Part shown: positions 27,550-38,449 of the stretch, in pieces
Layout: every line of letters starts with the position of its first letter
Numbering within the stretch: the first letter of the stretch is position 1
DNA from: Lama guanicoe
Lineage: Eukaryota
Direction: 5' to 3'
Length of the DNA: 64,000 nucleotides
Assembly (NCBI GenBank): GCA_013239625.1
Contig: MU053365.1
Span: 1,522,115-1,586,114, forward strand
Translations under genes and position numbers: made by a program
Notes under the pieces: generated by a model
The model's input: the letters and a program-made list of their open reading frames with translations, nothing else
What the model was told of the DNA's origin: nothing
Database searches by the model: none

Positions 27550-28192
27550 ATCCTAATGTCATCGTTATTAATTTATTTTCTCTCGTCTCTGAGCCCATAT
27601 GTGTTTGCCTTCCTTTGTGATACTCGAGCTGGACTACGCAGATGTTTGTTCTTTGCCAGCTACCTTGTTAGGTTGCACCAGTAGAGGGCGCTATAGAGGA
27701 ATACTGCTAGGCTAGAGAAGACGTTTTTCCATTTGGATTAGTGTCAGGGATGCTGATAGCATTAACCTTAGTAGACTTCACTGTTCAGCAGTGACCCACT
27801 TCTTCTGGCATGATTCTTTGCCACCACAGTGGCAGTCCTCACAGTTCAGCTGTGGCCCATGCTCTCCAGTTTCTACTCCGCTCAGTGGTGGCTCGCCCCT
27901 GAGATTCAGCTGTAGCTTTTGGCCTCTGGCATGTTCCCCTCACTGGCATGTTGTATGTTCCGGTAGTAGTCATAGCCCTCCCATCAGAGGTCTGAAGCTG
28001 GCCTTGGGGAGGGCCTCTCCTAGGTTTCCAAGTTCCTTCCTTGTTCCATCTTCCTCAACCCAAGAGTCCTCTTTCACCTCTCTTAGTAGTTAACCATGTT
28101 TAACTACTTAACATTTCTTTATATTATACTTGTCTTAATGAAAGTGCGGGTGTGGTTTCTGGATGTCACCTGAATGGACCCTGACTGATACA
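27550..28192 (+). mobile_element. ERVL solo LTR, LTR41-like
   Basis: ctttgccagct...ttgttaggttgcaccagtagagggcgcta; ends ggaccctgactgataca. Confidence 0.7.
27676..27693 (+). promoter_or_regulatory. CTCF motif inside LTR41-like LTR
   Basis: CACCAGTAGAGGGCGCTA, a near-consensus core with the CpG retained. Confidence 0.6.
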
Positions 28193-28665
28193 TTTAATAA
28201 CTGGCACAGCTACTGGCAACACACAGACACACACATGGCATAGGACAGGACAGAGTTCAAAATAAACTGACCAACAAACAAGACTTTTGGAGGAGACAAT
28301 AGGAAAAAAAATTGAAATGTCAGAAAAGGACATGAGAAATGTTATTCTTGTATGTAGAATCTGCCCTGTTTACAATTGGGCCAGCTCTGTTAGCAAAGGG
28401 GATCTGACTGAGTATGGAAGAAGGCTTAGGAAAATGAAAGTAATAAAAACACTTTTATTGAGTTCCAAAACACTGACTTCAAAACAATTAAATTAATAAA
28501 GTAGTTTCACTATTTTTTGAACTCAATGAAAGTCTTTAAAAATTAAATTGTTTTTAACTCATGATTTGTTAACTCAATAAATGTGGTTTTCGATTTAATT
28601 GCTTTTGAAGTTACTGTTTTTGAATGTAATAAAAGTTAAACATTTTCCCCCTCTTATTACCTTAC

Positions 28666-28745
28666 TTGTTTTAAAGGTTTTCTCTCTCCTTAGCCCCCAG
28701 AACAGTCTGCACAGTATCAGTGTCCTGCAGGGAACCAGATAGGTG
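28666..28745 (-). pseudogene. Candidate exon E17 (80 nt)
   Basis: ttatttcctacatacag| PIWFPAGH, then shifted frame LCRLFWGLRREKTFKT |gtaagg. Close to the FYRN core FP.GY...R.YW. Confidence 0.7.
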
Positions 28746-29593
28746 CTGTATGTAGGAAATAAGCCCACCAAGTGGTAAAATAGAGGTGTGGAGACTAAAT
28801 GCCACCTACAGACAGGAATCTCAAGCTTCCAGAATACTATCCTTTCTCCTCAGTTCTCACCTGCCACACTTCTCCCACCCTCGCTGTTGGCTGATGACAT
28901 TGCATCAGACTTTGCTGGAAAACAGAAACAACCAGAAGCATAGCTCATTTTCCTACCAGCAAGCTGACAAAAATACTGAAAATCTGTAGCTATTTCCTTT
29001 TTGCCTTCCTTCTGTTTCAACAGAAAAATGTCTTTCTCTTATCAAAGGCCAACTCTTCCACTTGTACTGTGGATCTCATCCTCACTTGCTTTCTCAAGGC
29101 CTTATTGAGTCAATTATCAACCCTTCTTTCTTTAATTTATTATTTTCATTATTATAAAAGTTATGATTTTATGATAATAAGAATTTTAAATATAAAACAG
29201 ATACATTTCATGTCTCTATTTTCACATCACATTCCATATGGAACCGAATATAGTCATCTTTTTGGTGCTAGCACCATTAAAACAATTTTAGTCAAAATCA
29301 CAAACACATCCCTTGTCACAAACCCAAAGGACACCTCTCCATCCCATTTTACTCAATCTTTGAGCATCACTTGTCAGTGTTGACACTCCTTACTTGAAAC
29401 GTTATTTGTTCTTGACTTTTAGAACACAATACTCTCCTGATGGTCTCACTGGATGTGTAATCTTAGTCCCTTTGATGGCAATTTCTCTTCTAAATATTGG
29501 AGTTCTTCAGGGTTCATTTCTACAATCTTTCCTTTTTTTCTTTACATTCTTTCCTGAAGTGATTTCATTAATTACAATGGATATAAAAATCCT

Positions 29594-29979
29594 TGTTATG
29601 GCTGAACTGTGACTCCTACAAATATCATATGTTGAAATCCTAAGTCTCAGTAAGTGACTGTTGTTGGAGGTAGGCTTTTAAAGAGGTGATTAAATTTAAA
29701 ACAAGGCCATTAGGGTGGGTCCTAATCCAATCGGACTGTTATCCTTATAAGAAGAGGAAATTTGGACACTAGGTTGCATGGACAGAAGAAAGACCAGGTG
29801 AGAACACAGAGAAAAGGCAGCCATCTGCAAGCCAAGGAAAGAAAGTCCTGGGGGAAACCAATCTTATAACACCTTGATCTCAGACTTCCAGCCACCAGAA
29901 TTGTGACAAAACAAATTTCAATTGTTTAAGCCGCCCAGTCTGTGCTATTTTGTTATGATAGGCCAAGTGCGTTAATACA
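29594..29979 (+). mobile_element. MaLR solo LTR (MLT1B-like)
   Basis: TG...CA ends; 5-bp TSD atcct (29589-29593 / 29980-29984). Confidence 0.85.
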
Positions 29980-30451
29980 ATCCTCTTCATCCTCCTCTCT
30001 ATAATGAAGATATAGTTTCAGTCTAGGACCCTCCTCTGACAACCATGCTTGCATATCCAGCTGCGTCCTTGAAATCTCCACTTAGCTGTATCACAGATAT
30101 CTCAAACTTCCCAAGCTGTATGCTCGGTCCTTTCTTCCCAAATAAGGTCATCTCCACACCCACCAACTTGTGTTTCCCTTCTCAATACATGGCATCATCA
30201 AATACACATTCCTAGATTCCACACAATTCAAACTAATCTAAGTCATTTATGTAGTTATAAATTATAAATATATATAATTTATATAAATATAAATTATATC
30301 TCCAGGATATATTTTGAATATATATTTTTCTCTATTTCCATAGTCAATGTCCTTGGTCAAAAGCTACTTTACTTTTAATATTACATCAGCTCTCTACTTG
30401 GTCTTCCCCTTTCCCTTCTTGTGTGCCTTTCTCTCCATGTGGTAGCAAGGG

Positions 30452-30995
30452 TATTATATATTGAATGTTTGCATCTGCCCCAAATTCATATGTTGAAGCC
30501 CTAACCTCCAGGTGATGATATTAGGAGGTGGAGCCTTGAGGGGGGAGTGTATAGCCCAGTGGTAGAGCACATGCTTAGCATGCACGAGGTCCTGGGTTCA
30601 ATCCCCAGTACCTCTTCTAAAAATAAATAAATACATAAATAAACCTAATGACCTCCTCCCCACAAAACTAAATAAATAAAGCTTTAAAAAAACAAACAAA
30701 AAAAAGAGGTGGGGTCTTTGGGAGATGATTAGGTCATGAGGGCAGAGCCCTCATGAATGTGATTTGTGCCCTTATAAAAGAGACCCCAGAGAATGCCCTC
30801 ACCCCTCCTGCCATGTAAGGTTACAGTGAAAAGGTGGCAGTGAAGCCTGGACAGTTTTCTCACCAGACAGCAAATCTTCCAGTGCCCTGATCTTGGACTT
30901 CCTAGCTCCTAAAACTGTGAGAAATAATTGTTTGTTGGTTATAAGCCACCCAGTTTGTGGTATTTTTGTTATAGCAGCCTGAACAGATAAAATAT
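30452..30995 (+). mobile_element. MaLR solo LTR (MLT1A-like)
   Basis: caaattcatatgttgaagccctaacc...ttgttatagcagcctgaacaga; interrupted by a SINE. Confidence 0.8.
30540..30703 (+). mobile_element. tRNA-Ala-derived SINE (camelid Vic-1-like)
   Basis: Same structure as the 11915 copy. TSD aggaggtggagccttg / aagaggtggggtctttg. Confidence 0.9.
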
Positions 30996-31586
30996 AGAGT
31001 GATCTTTAGAAATATAAATACGATCATGGCACTAAAATTTATGAAATTCTCTAATGGTTTTCTGTTGCACTTGGAGTAAAATTTCAACTTTTTACCAAGG
31101 CCTACAGTCCCCACATAATCTGGCTCCTTGTCTCATCTGTTACCAGTCTCCCTCTTACCCACAGGGCTCTAGCTAAATTGGTCTATCTTCAGTTTCTTGA
31201 ATATGCCAAACTCTTTCCTGCTTCAAGACTTATGATGTCTCTTCTCCCTGGAATGCTCTTTCTTCCATTCTTTGCATGGCTTGTTTGTTTTGTTACTTAG
31301 GTCAGATTGACTGTAACTTCCTCAGAGTGGCTATCCATGATTGCAATATCTAAATAGACCCCTCTCTATTATTATTCTTGTAAATACCCTTATTTGCTTC
31401 CTTCATAGCATGTATTCAATCTTATAATTATTTTAATTTTATTGTCTACATACTTGGTTATTGCCTGACTTCCCAACTAGAATGTAAACTATAAAGTCAG
31501 GATCATGCCTGTATTACATTCTTCTTTGTCTCCAGAACCAAGAAAAATTCTTAGATGAATTAATGAATTAATGAATTAATGAATAC

Positions 31587-31747
31587 CTTTCTTTTTTCTC
31601 CTTTGGCTTGACCATCTTCTTAATTGTGAGCCTTTATCCTTGATGTCTCCTCAACTACACTTAACTATGCCTACTGCCTTGACTGTACTTTCTTCTCTGC
31701 TCAATATACTTTTCATAGAGTCCAATTTGCAGTTATGTGACCTCAGC
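31587..31747 (-). pseudogene. Candidate exon E16 (~161 nt, one TGA at 31651-31653)
   Basis: aattaacag| LRSHNCKLDSMKSILSREESTVKAVGIVKCS*GDIKDKGSQLRRWSSQRRKKK AAG|gtattc. FYRN-like TV..VG.V motif. Confidence 0.55.
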
Positions 31748-31947
31748 CTGTTAATTTCAATCAGGACCTTAGGCAGCCTACTTGCTGGATGATTGTCTGT
31801 TGTTGTGTTTAACCCTGGACTGATAAAATGAGCCCTATCTCCAATAAAATGAGCTGGAAATAATGACCAACCCAAGGCTAGAATTCTGGAACTTTGAGAG
31901 AAAAGAATCACGCTGATTTGGGATGCTCTCATTTTGAAACATCTTAC

Positions 31948-32078
31948 TTCTTTTGAAGACTGCTAGGAGTCAGCCAAAGGGACCATACCGAGAAAGGGGA
32001 CTTTGTGTTAGTGACAGAATAACTTCCTCCAAGTCTACATGAGACTGAATAGGAACATTAAAGACATTTTCAACTTCT
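31948..32078 (-). pseudogene. Candidate exon E15 (131 nt)
   Basis: tctctcacattctttgtataag| EVENVFNVPIQSHVDLEEVILSLTQSPL..., then shifted frame WSLWLTPSSLQK, GAA|gtaaga. Confidence 0.6.
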
Positions 32079-34578
32079 CTTATACAAAGAATGTGAGAGA
32101 TAATGAGTATTAACAAGGAAACAAAAGAGGGTTTAAAAATTACTGATTCAGTTTCTTCTGTGAAGGACAAGTACATTATCTGTATTGACTTATAAGATCA
32201 TTCCTCATCTAATTAGTTTAAAATTTTGTTGCATGATCTACTTTGAGGTTAGCATGAGGGTTTAAGGGGCCAAAAGAATACTTACTCTACCCTTTCTCCT
32301 GTTTGCTACTGCAGAAATATTTACTAGTTCACTAATGATAATCAAAGAAATTCCGATAGAAATAGCTAAGACTTCAATAATTAATTTGTCTCACAAATGT
32401 TTATGAATACCAATTACACATCAGATAATGTGGAATATAACAGTGAATAAAACACTGTTCCAACTCTCAAGGAACTTAGATTCTACTGGGAGAGATAGGT
32501 GGGTATCACCACATGCCTACTACATAAGCAAACAGTAAAACTCAGGAAACCCTACAATGAGGCTATAATCTGTCAAAAAAAAAGAGTTTTCTGGTAGTTT
32601 AGAAGTTGTTACAATCTTGTCAATGTACAATGTTTGGTAATATACAATTCAAAAAGCATGGATAATTATAGATATACTTTGACCCAGGAATCCCATTTTT
32701 GAAAACAGTTCAAGAAAGTGACTCAAAAGGATAAAAAAGATTCTTTTGTACAAAGATATTTATAACTACACAGTCAATAACAAATTGGAAATAACAAAAA
32801 TTGGTATGTTTGAGGAATCGTTAAAATAGTGATAGTAAAATATGATGTCTTAGCTTTGATTTTCACAGGAAACAGATCCAGAGACTAGGATTGAAGTATA
32901 ATTAATTTCTTTGGGAGTGAAAGGGACACCAGGAGGAGAGTAGGGAAGTGAGACAAGGAAGGGAAGGAGGCCAGTAAAGAGTACATTATGAAGGCATCTA
33001 CAACTGAGGGTGAAACTGTTCCATGGGAAGAATATGAAAAATGACATGATATACTTTAGAATTATACCACCTGTGCGATGCTGTATTGATACTCTAATTC
33101 CCAAGAGTCATAGGTTGAGGCCTGTTCCAAGGTGATCTTATTTCTTCAGTACTTCCTACTAGCCATGGGTGTGCCCAGAATGGCTTTTAGTGGTTGGGAA
33201 TTGGGTGGAGGAAATCCCTCAGTCACAGATGCAGATCCTGGCACTTTTACATAGTCTGGAGCACATTGAAAGATCAGCTAGTATAACAGTACAATGGTAT
33301 AATATATTGCCATTAAATGTGAAAAATGAGTAGGCCATGTGCATACTTGTAAATATCTATAAGAAAAAGTTGTCAAAGAGCACAATACTATCATGCAGTG
33401 TCTATAACCACACAAAAACTAGTTATGCCATTAGAACACACAGAATCTTATAAAATGTATTGTTGTTAAACAGAGGTTATTTCTTCTATATTGTAAAGAT
33501 AATTAATAAAAATGATTCACTAATGTTAACAGAATAACTTTTCAGTTAGATGTAAATAGTTTGGTGCCTTTTTAATGCTAGCAGTAATGATGGCAAGGTG
33601 CAGATATAATAGATGTAATAGTGGTGGAGTCAGGGGAACTTGGTGACACCTAGGATTTGGTAGTGGAAGGAGAAAAAATCATCAGAGATGAACTGAATAT
33701 TGTGACTAATCAAATGTAAGAATGGTGGCAACTTTAATAGTACTAGGGAAGTCAGGAGGAAGATCTTATGTTAAGGTAAAAGAGTGTTGGGTGAAGATGA
33801 AAGACTGTGATGCTCTTTGGAGTGTTTCTAAATATGAGTTTAAGGCTGGAGAGACTTGAGATATTCACTAAGGATACCATTTTTCAATGTAGAGAAATAA
33901 AGATTGGAAAAAAATTTCCAAATAAAACACATATTTTTTCAAGATTGGAAAAAAAATCCAAATAAAACACACAGCTCCCACCCCTCCCCCCATGCACTGA
34001 AAAGGTACACGAGGAGGAAAAATGATCTCTTTCCAAGGGGGTGCTTTTCTCCTTAATCATTCTAAAATTTTTTCGTTAACTTTCCTCTGTCCAATAGAGA
34101 TTAGGAAGACAATCTTTGCTAATTAATTTTCACAGTAAAAGTTTTAATGAAAGGAGATAAAACACTCGAGGAGGCAATATAATTAGTGGATACTGTTAGC
34201 TTATACATTTTATACTTATCGGAACATGAACATTTATTGCCTGGCTCCTTGGCTGGCATTAATCTCATCTTGTATCTCTGGACTGTTGCCATGGCTTAGT
34301 TTTAACAGAGCCAGAATATCTGCTCCTAGATTGTCTGTGATAAAAGGATGAAAGCAGTGATAATTATGCAAGGAACCACTTTGTCACTACTTCCATGGTT
34401 TGACTTAAGATACTCTAGACATTGACATAAGTAGGCCACAGTGTTTTATTGACCTCAATTAACAAGAAAGCAACATTTCTTTTATTTGTGCCATTAATAT
34501 GGGCAAGGGATAAGAAAAGTGTAATAAATTTCTAATTTAAATTTGGAACCAAGTAATGGGAGAAAGTTTGACTTGTAC

Positions 34579-34691
34579 ATGTTTGCAGTTCTATGAGTCA
34601 TGGCCAATTTTTTAAACATAAGCCATCTGCCAGCATAATACTTTTAATGATACATTTACTTGAAATTCTTTTCACATGCTCCCCTGAGTTC
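34579..34691 (-). pseudogene. Candidate exon E14 (donor uncertain)
   Basis: ttctttctgatctgtttgagtacag| NSGEHVKRISSKCIIKSIMLADGLCLKNWP*. Resembles the FYRC SGE.lfG.s...i...i..L.G pattern. Lies 140 nt from E13 and is in phase with it. Confidence 0.55.
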
Positions 34692-34831
34692 CTGTACTCA
34701 AACAGATCAGAAAGAATATTTGGCTCAGGCATTTGGGGCTTCTGTGATCTACTGTCTCCATTGATTTGCATTGACAATAACTTTCATCACTCAATGTGTC
34801 TCCTCAGGGGCTAATATTCCATTTATCTTAC

Positions 34832-34995
34832 CTCTTTTTTTTTCCCTAAAGATCTTTGATATTATTTAACAGTAGTACCCAAGCTTTGTTGCCCAATGTA
34901 TTTGGATTTTGCTGGAAAGTTGGTTTTTTTATAGGAGCTAATAAGTGACCATCTGATGTCTTGAATCTTGTGAACAGTAATATTTTGGGGACAGT
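34832..34995 (-). pseudogene. Candidate exon E13 (164 nt, phase 0->2, one TAG at 34846-34848)
   Basis: tttgattctatttag| TVPKILLFTRFKTSDGHLLAPIKKPTFQQNPNTLGNKAWVLLLNNIKDL*GKKK GAG|gtaaga. Contains an FYRC-like AW..LL..I motif. Confidence 0.7.
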
Positions 34996-35212
34996 CTAAA
35001 TAGAATCAAAGCTGTAATTTCACAGAAGAGTTTGCAGAGCTTTACCAACTAGGCTATTTTTAAGAGTCATCAAGTGATTTCCCTTTGCTGTCATTTTTGT
35101 TTATTTTTCTCTTCAGATTTATTTTTCCCCTATTACTTCTAGAATCAGAACATCTACACTATGTTTCATTTCTTTGTTTTGTTCTTAGCAGTTCTGTATT
35201 TATAAATCTCAC

Positions 35213-35336
35213 ATTGCCTCCAGTATTTGGAGAATTATATACTTGTATTTTCCTTTCAGAATTTTCAGTGTATTCAATACCTAACACCAGAGTCACTCAG
35301 TACTTCTTTTCAAACTGCTTTTGAAGTTACAGAAGA
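35213..35336 (-). pseudogene. Candidate exon E12 (124 nt, phase 2->0)
   Basis: ttattttgaaacag| LL*LQKQFEKKY*VTLVLGIEYTENSERKIQVYNSPNTGGN |gtgaga. Confidence 0.5.
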
Positions 35337-35523
35337 CTGTTTCAAAATAAACTCATTTACTTTTTCAACAAATATTCATTAAGGTCCTACTTTTTACTAG
35401 AATCAATACTAGTCACTCTAAATAGAAAGATCACTGAGGCACACATTCTGTCCTCAAGGGAGCAACATAATACAGTGGTTAAGGGCAGAGACTTCTGAGT
35501 CAAACCTGTGTTTCAGTTCCAAC

Positions 35524-35904
35524 TGTGATGATCACTTTTACATATCAACATGGCTAGGCCGTGGTACCCAATCGCTTGGTCAAATACCACTCTACATGTT
35601 GCTATGAAGACTTTTTAAAGATGTGATTAACATTTAAATCTATTCACTTTGAGTAAAGCAAATTATCTTGTGTAAAGTGGGAGGACCTTACTGAATAGTT
35701 GAGGGACTCAAGAGAAAACGGTAGAGTTCCACTAAGAAGAAGGAATTCTGCCTCAAGAATGCAACATAGAAATTCTGCCTGAATTTTCAGCCTGCTACCC
35801 TGTGGAATTCAGACACAAGGCTGCACCATCAACTCTTACCTGAATTTCTAGTCTGCTGGCTTGCTCTATGGATTTTGGATTTATCAACTGATTCCTTAAA
35901 TCTC

Positions 35905-35952
<48 letters not shown>

Positions 35953-36066
35953 TACAGAAATACTTATATGTAAATATGTTATATCTATCTGTATCTATAT
36001 AAATATTTATACAAGTATATCTATATTCTATTGGTTCTGTTTCCCTGGAGAACCCTGACTAATATA
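35524..36066 (+). mobile_element. ERVL solo LTR (MLT2-like) inserted in a MIR
   Basis: tgtgatga...gagaaccctgactaatata; TSD ccaac/ccagc; MIR sequence on both sides. Confidence 0.85.
35905..35952 (+). repeat. (GATA)n microsatellite
   Basis: About 12 perfect units. Confidence 0.95.
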
Positions 36067-36999
36067 CCAGCTCTTCTACTTACCAGTTAGACTGGTGACT
36101 TTGCCTATCTGAGCCTTAGTTTCTTATTTGGTAAATGGGTTTTAATGAGGATTAAATGAGTCAAGGTATGTGAAAGCATATGTTACCATACCTGGCACAT
36201 ATAGTCAGTGCTGAACCAAAGGTAACTCTAGCTTCATAAGTTACTTAATGTCTGAAGGGTCAGATGTGATACAGACAGTGCTAGAGACACAAAGGAGCGC
36301 AAGGAGGGAATGGAAGATGGGATTATCTATGTCTGGGGCTGAGGGTGGTCAGGAAAGGCTTTCTGGAGGAATTGATACTGAAAATGAGTCTTAAAGATTG
36401 AGTAGAAAGACTCATTCATGTCATTGAAGATACTGTGCATTTATGCTGGACTCAGTGATGTACATCAGGACAATAGAGGTAAATAAGATACAAACATTTC
36501 ATTAGGTCCAGAATGACAAAAATGAAGGCAGCCTAGAGTAAATAGAGATCCAATCACCCTGGCAGAACCAACTTGTGGAGACAAACCCAGGTATTGTAAC
36601 TGACTCTGGAGATGACACATCGCTTTTTAGCTGCAGTGTATTAGAAACACTACTGTCCTCTTAGTCGTGCCTTGGTCATAGGATCTGAATCTAAAAGGAT
36701 GATTTCATTCTAATTCCAGAGCAAGGAAAAAGGTAAGAGTGGAGGGGAGGTGTGGATCATGCTTTTGCCCTCACTCCTGCCCTACTGTTAAGCCAATTCT
36801 AACTGAAGCAGAGTAGTTGAGAGGAATGAAAGATAGACTGAGGCTTTAACACAGAACTAATTAGGTCTTCCAGAATAAAGTGAAAGAGGAAATAGTGGTT
36901 AATTAATATTCAAAAGGGTGGTAGCTGAAAAATTCCAAAAGTGAAGAAAGATTTGAGCCTATTGATTTAACCATAAACAGTATTGTACAGAATTTTATT

Positions 37000-37083
37000 T
37001 ATATATGTGTGTGTGTATGTATATATATGTGTGTGTGTGTATGTGTATATATATATATATATACGTATATATATATATATATA
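37000..37083 (+). repeat. Compound (TG)n/(TA)n microsatellite
   Basis: Direct reading. Confidence 0.95.
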
Positions 37084-38296
37084 AAACACTTGCATTGAAT
37101 AGACTTAACTTATGCAATGTAATCACAAAGCAGCTTCAATTTTTCATTTTTGCCTCTTACTAAATCTTTAAATTTGATAGGTGAGTTCTTTTTCCCTCTG
37201 GAGGAAAACTCAAGATAGTGCCACTACTTTTCGGACCAGTCTTAGGTAAGTTAAAAACTATCACTTTTTAGATAGCAAACATTATATCAATTCAGAAATT
37301 AGACTATCAATCTTCATATAATAATCAACATTTCAGAGTTGTATATATATTCTGGTAATTAAGCCTTTGTCAGTCGCATCATTTGCAAATATGTTCTCTC
37401 CTTCCATGGGTTGTTATTTTGTATTGCTTATGACATTTCAATGTTAAAATGTAGGATTATCTCAACTCCCTTTGCTAGACTTTTGTAGTGGAGAGCCTAC
37501 ACTCCTGGAAAGAGGATGTAGGAAGCTTCGTTTCTCTTGCTTTCTCACCTCTTTCCTTGAGGATAGGGTACAGTGAGGAGAGGAGGGAAAGGAAAAGGGT
37601 TCTTCCTTGATGGGCTTCATAGGTTACTGGTCTGGCAAAGTTTTAAAGCTAGCTCTTTGAGAGTACACTTTTCTGAGTTTTTCAGAGCCTGCCCCACCTG
37701 TCCCCACCATTAAGGATCCCCTGCAGTTTGCTTGGTAACAACATTTACATCCAAACCACTTAGGAATCTGATGGTCAATCTCCAGCTTCTTTCTCCTGAG
37801 GCCCCATTGACCATCCAAAATAAATCCATGCCAGCTGTCTCTTGCATATAGCCTATGTTCAATCCATAGAAAATGCATTTCCCTTTTTCTGGAAAAACTC
37901 TAGAAGTACAAGATAGTCCCACTGTAGGGCCTTCCATTGACAGCTAATCATCCCCTTTAGTTTTCTCAGTGTTAGATATCATCAGTACACTGTCTCCATC
38001 ACACATCTGGGAATACATCTTAAACCCTTTGAGCAGTCAGGTTGAAGTTCCTCATACTGGTTTGATGTGAGGAATGACCATTCGCTTTGCCTTTGCTATT
38101 CTTGGTGTGTGTTTGTGTGTGACTCACAGCATAGCAACAACAATTCTCCTCTTTCCCTTGCCTGATCCTTTATGTTTTCAAAATTAGCGATTAGTTTTAG
38201 AATCATCTAAATGGTTCTTGGGAAGCTATTTTTTTTACGTGTTATGTATGCTGAGTGTTTTTATAAGACACTGGTATCTGATATGTATTATCTTAC

Positions 38297-38348
38297 AGAT
38301 TTTGATGAAGTTTCATTTCATTAAAATCTGATGCACAAAACTAGATAC
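38297..38348 (-). pseudogene. Candidate exon E11 (52 nt, phase 1->2)
   Basis: ttttattacatatctag| I*FCASDFNEMKLHQN |gtaaga. Confidence 0.5.
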
Positions 38349-38449
38349 CTAGATATGTAATAAAATTATAGAACATGAGAAATCAAGAGACAGTATTAAG
38401 AATAGCAGGCTGAAAGTGTGAATTATAACAGAATTCTGAAAGTTGGTTA

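Larger units (their letters stand above)
28790..31585 (+). mobile_element. L2 remnant interrupted by two MaLR LTRs
   Basis: L2-like CT-rich sequence ending in a (tgaattaa)n tail at ~31555-31585. Confidence 0.7.
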
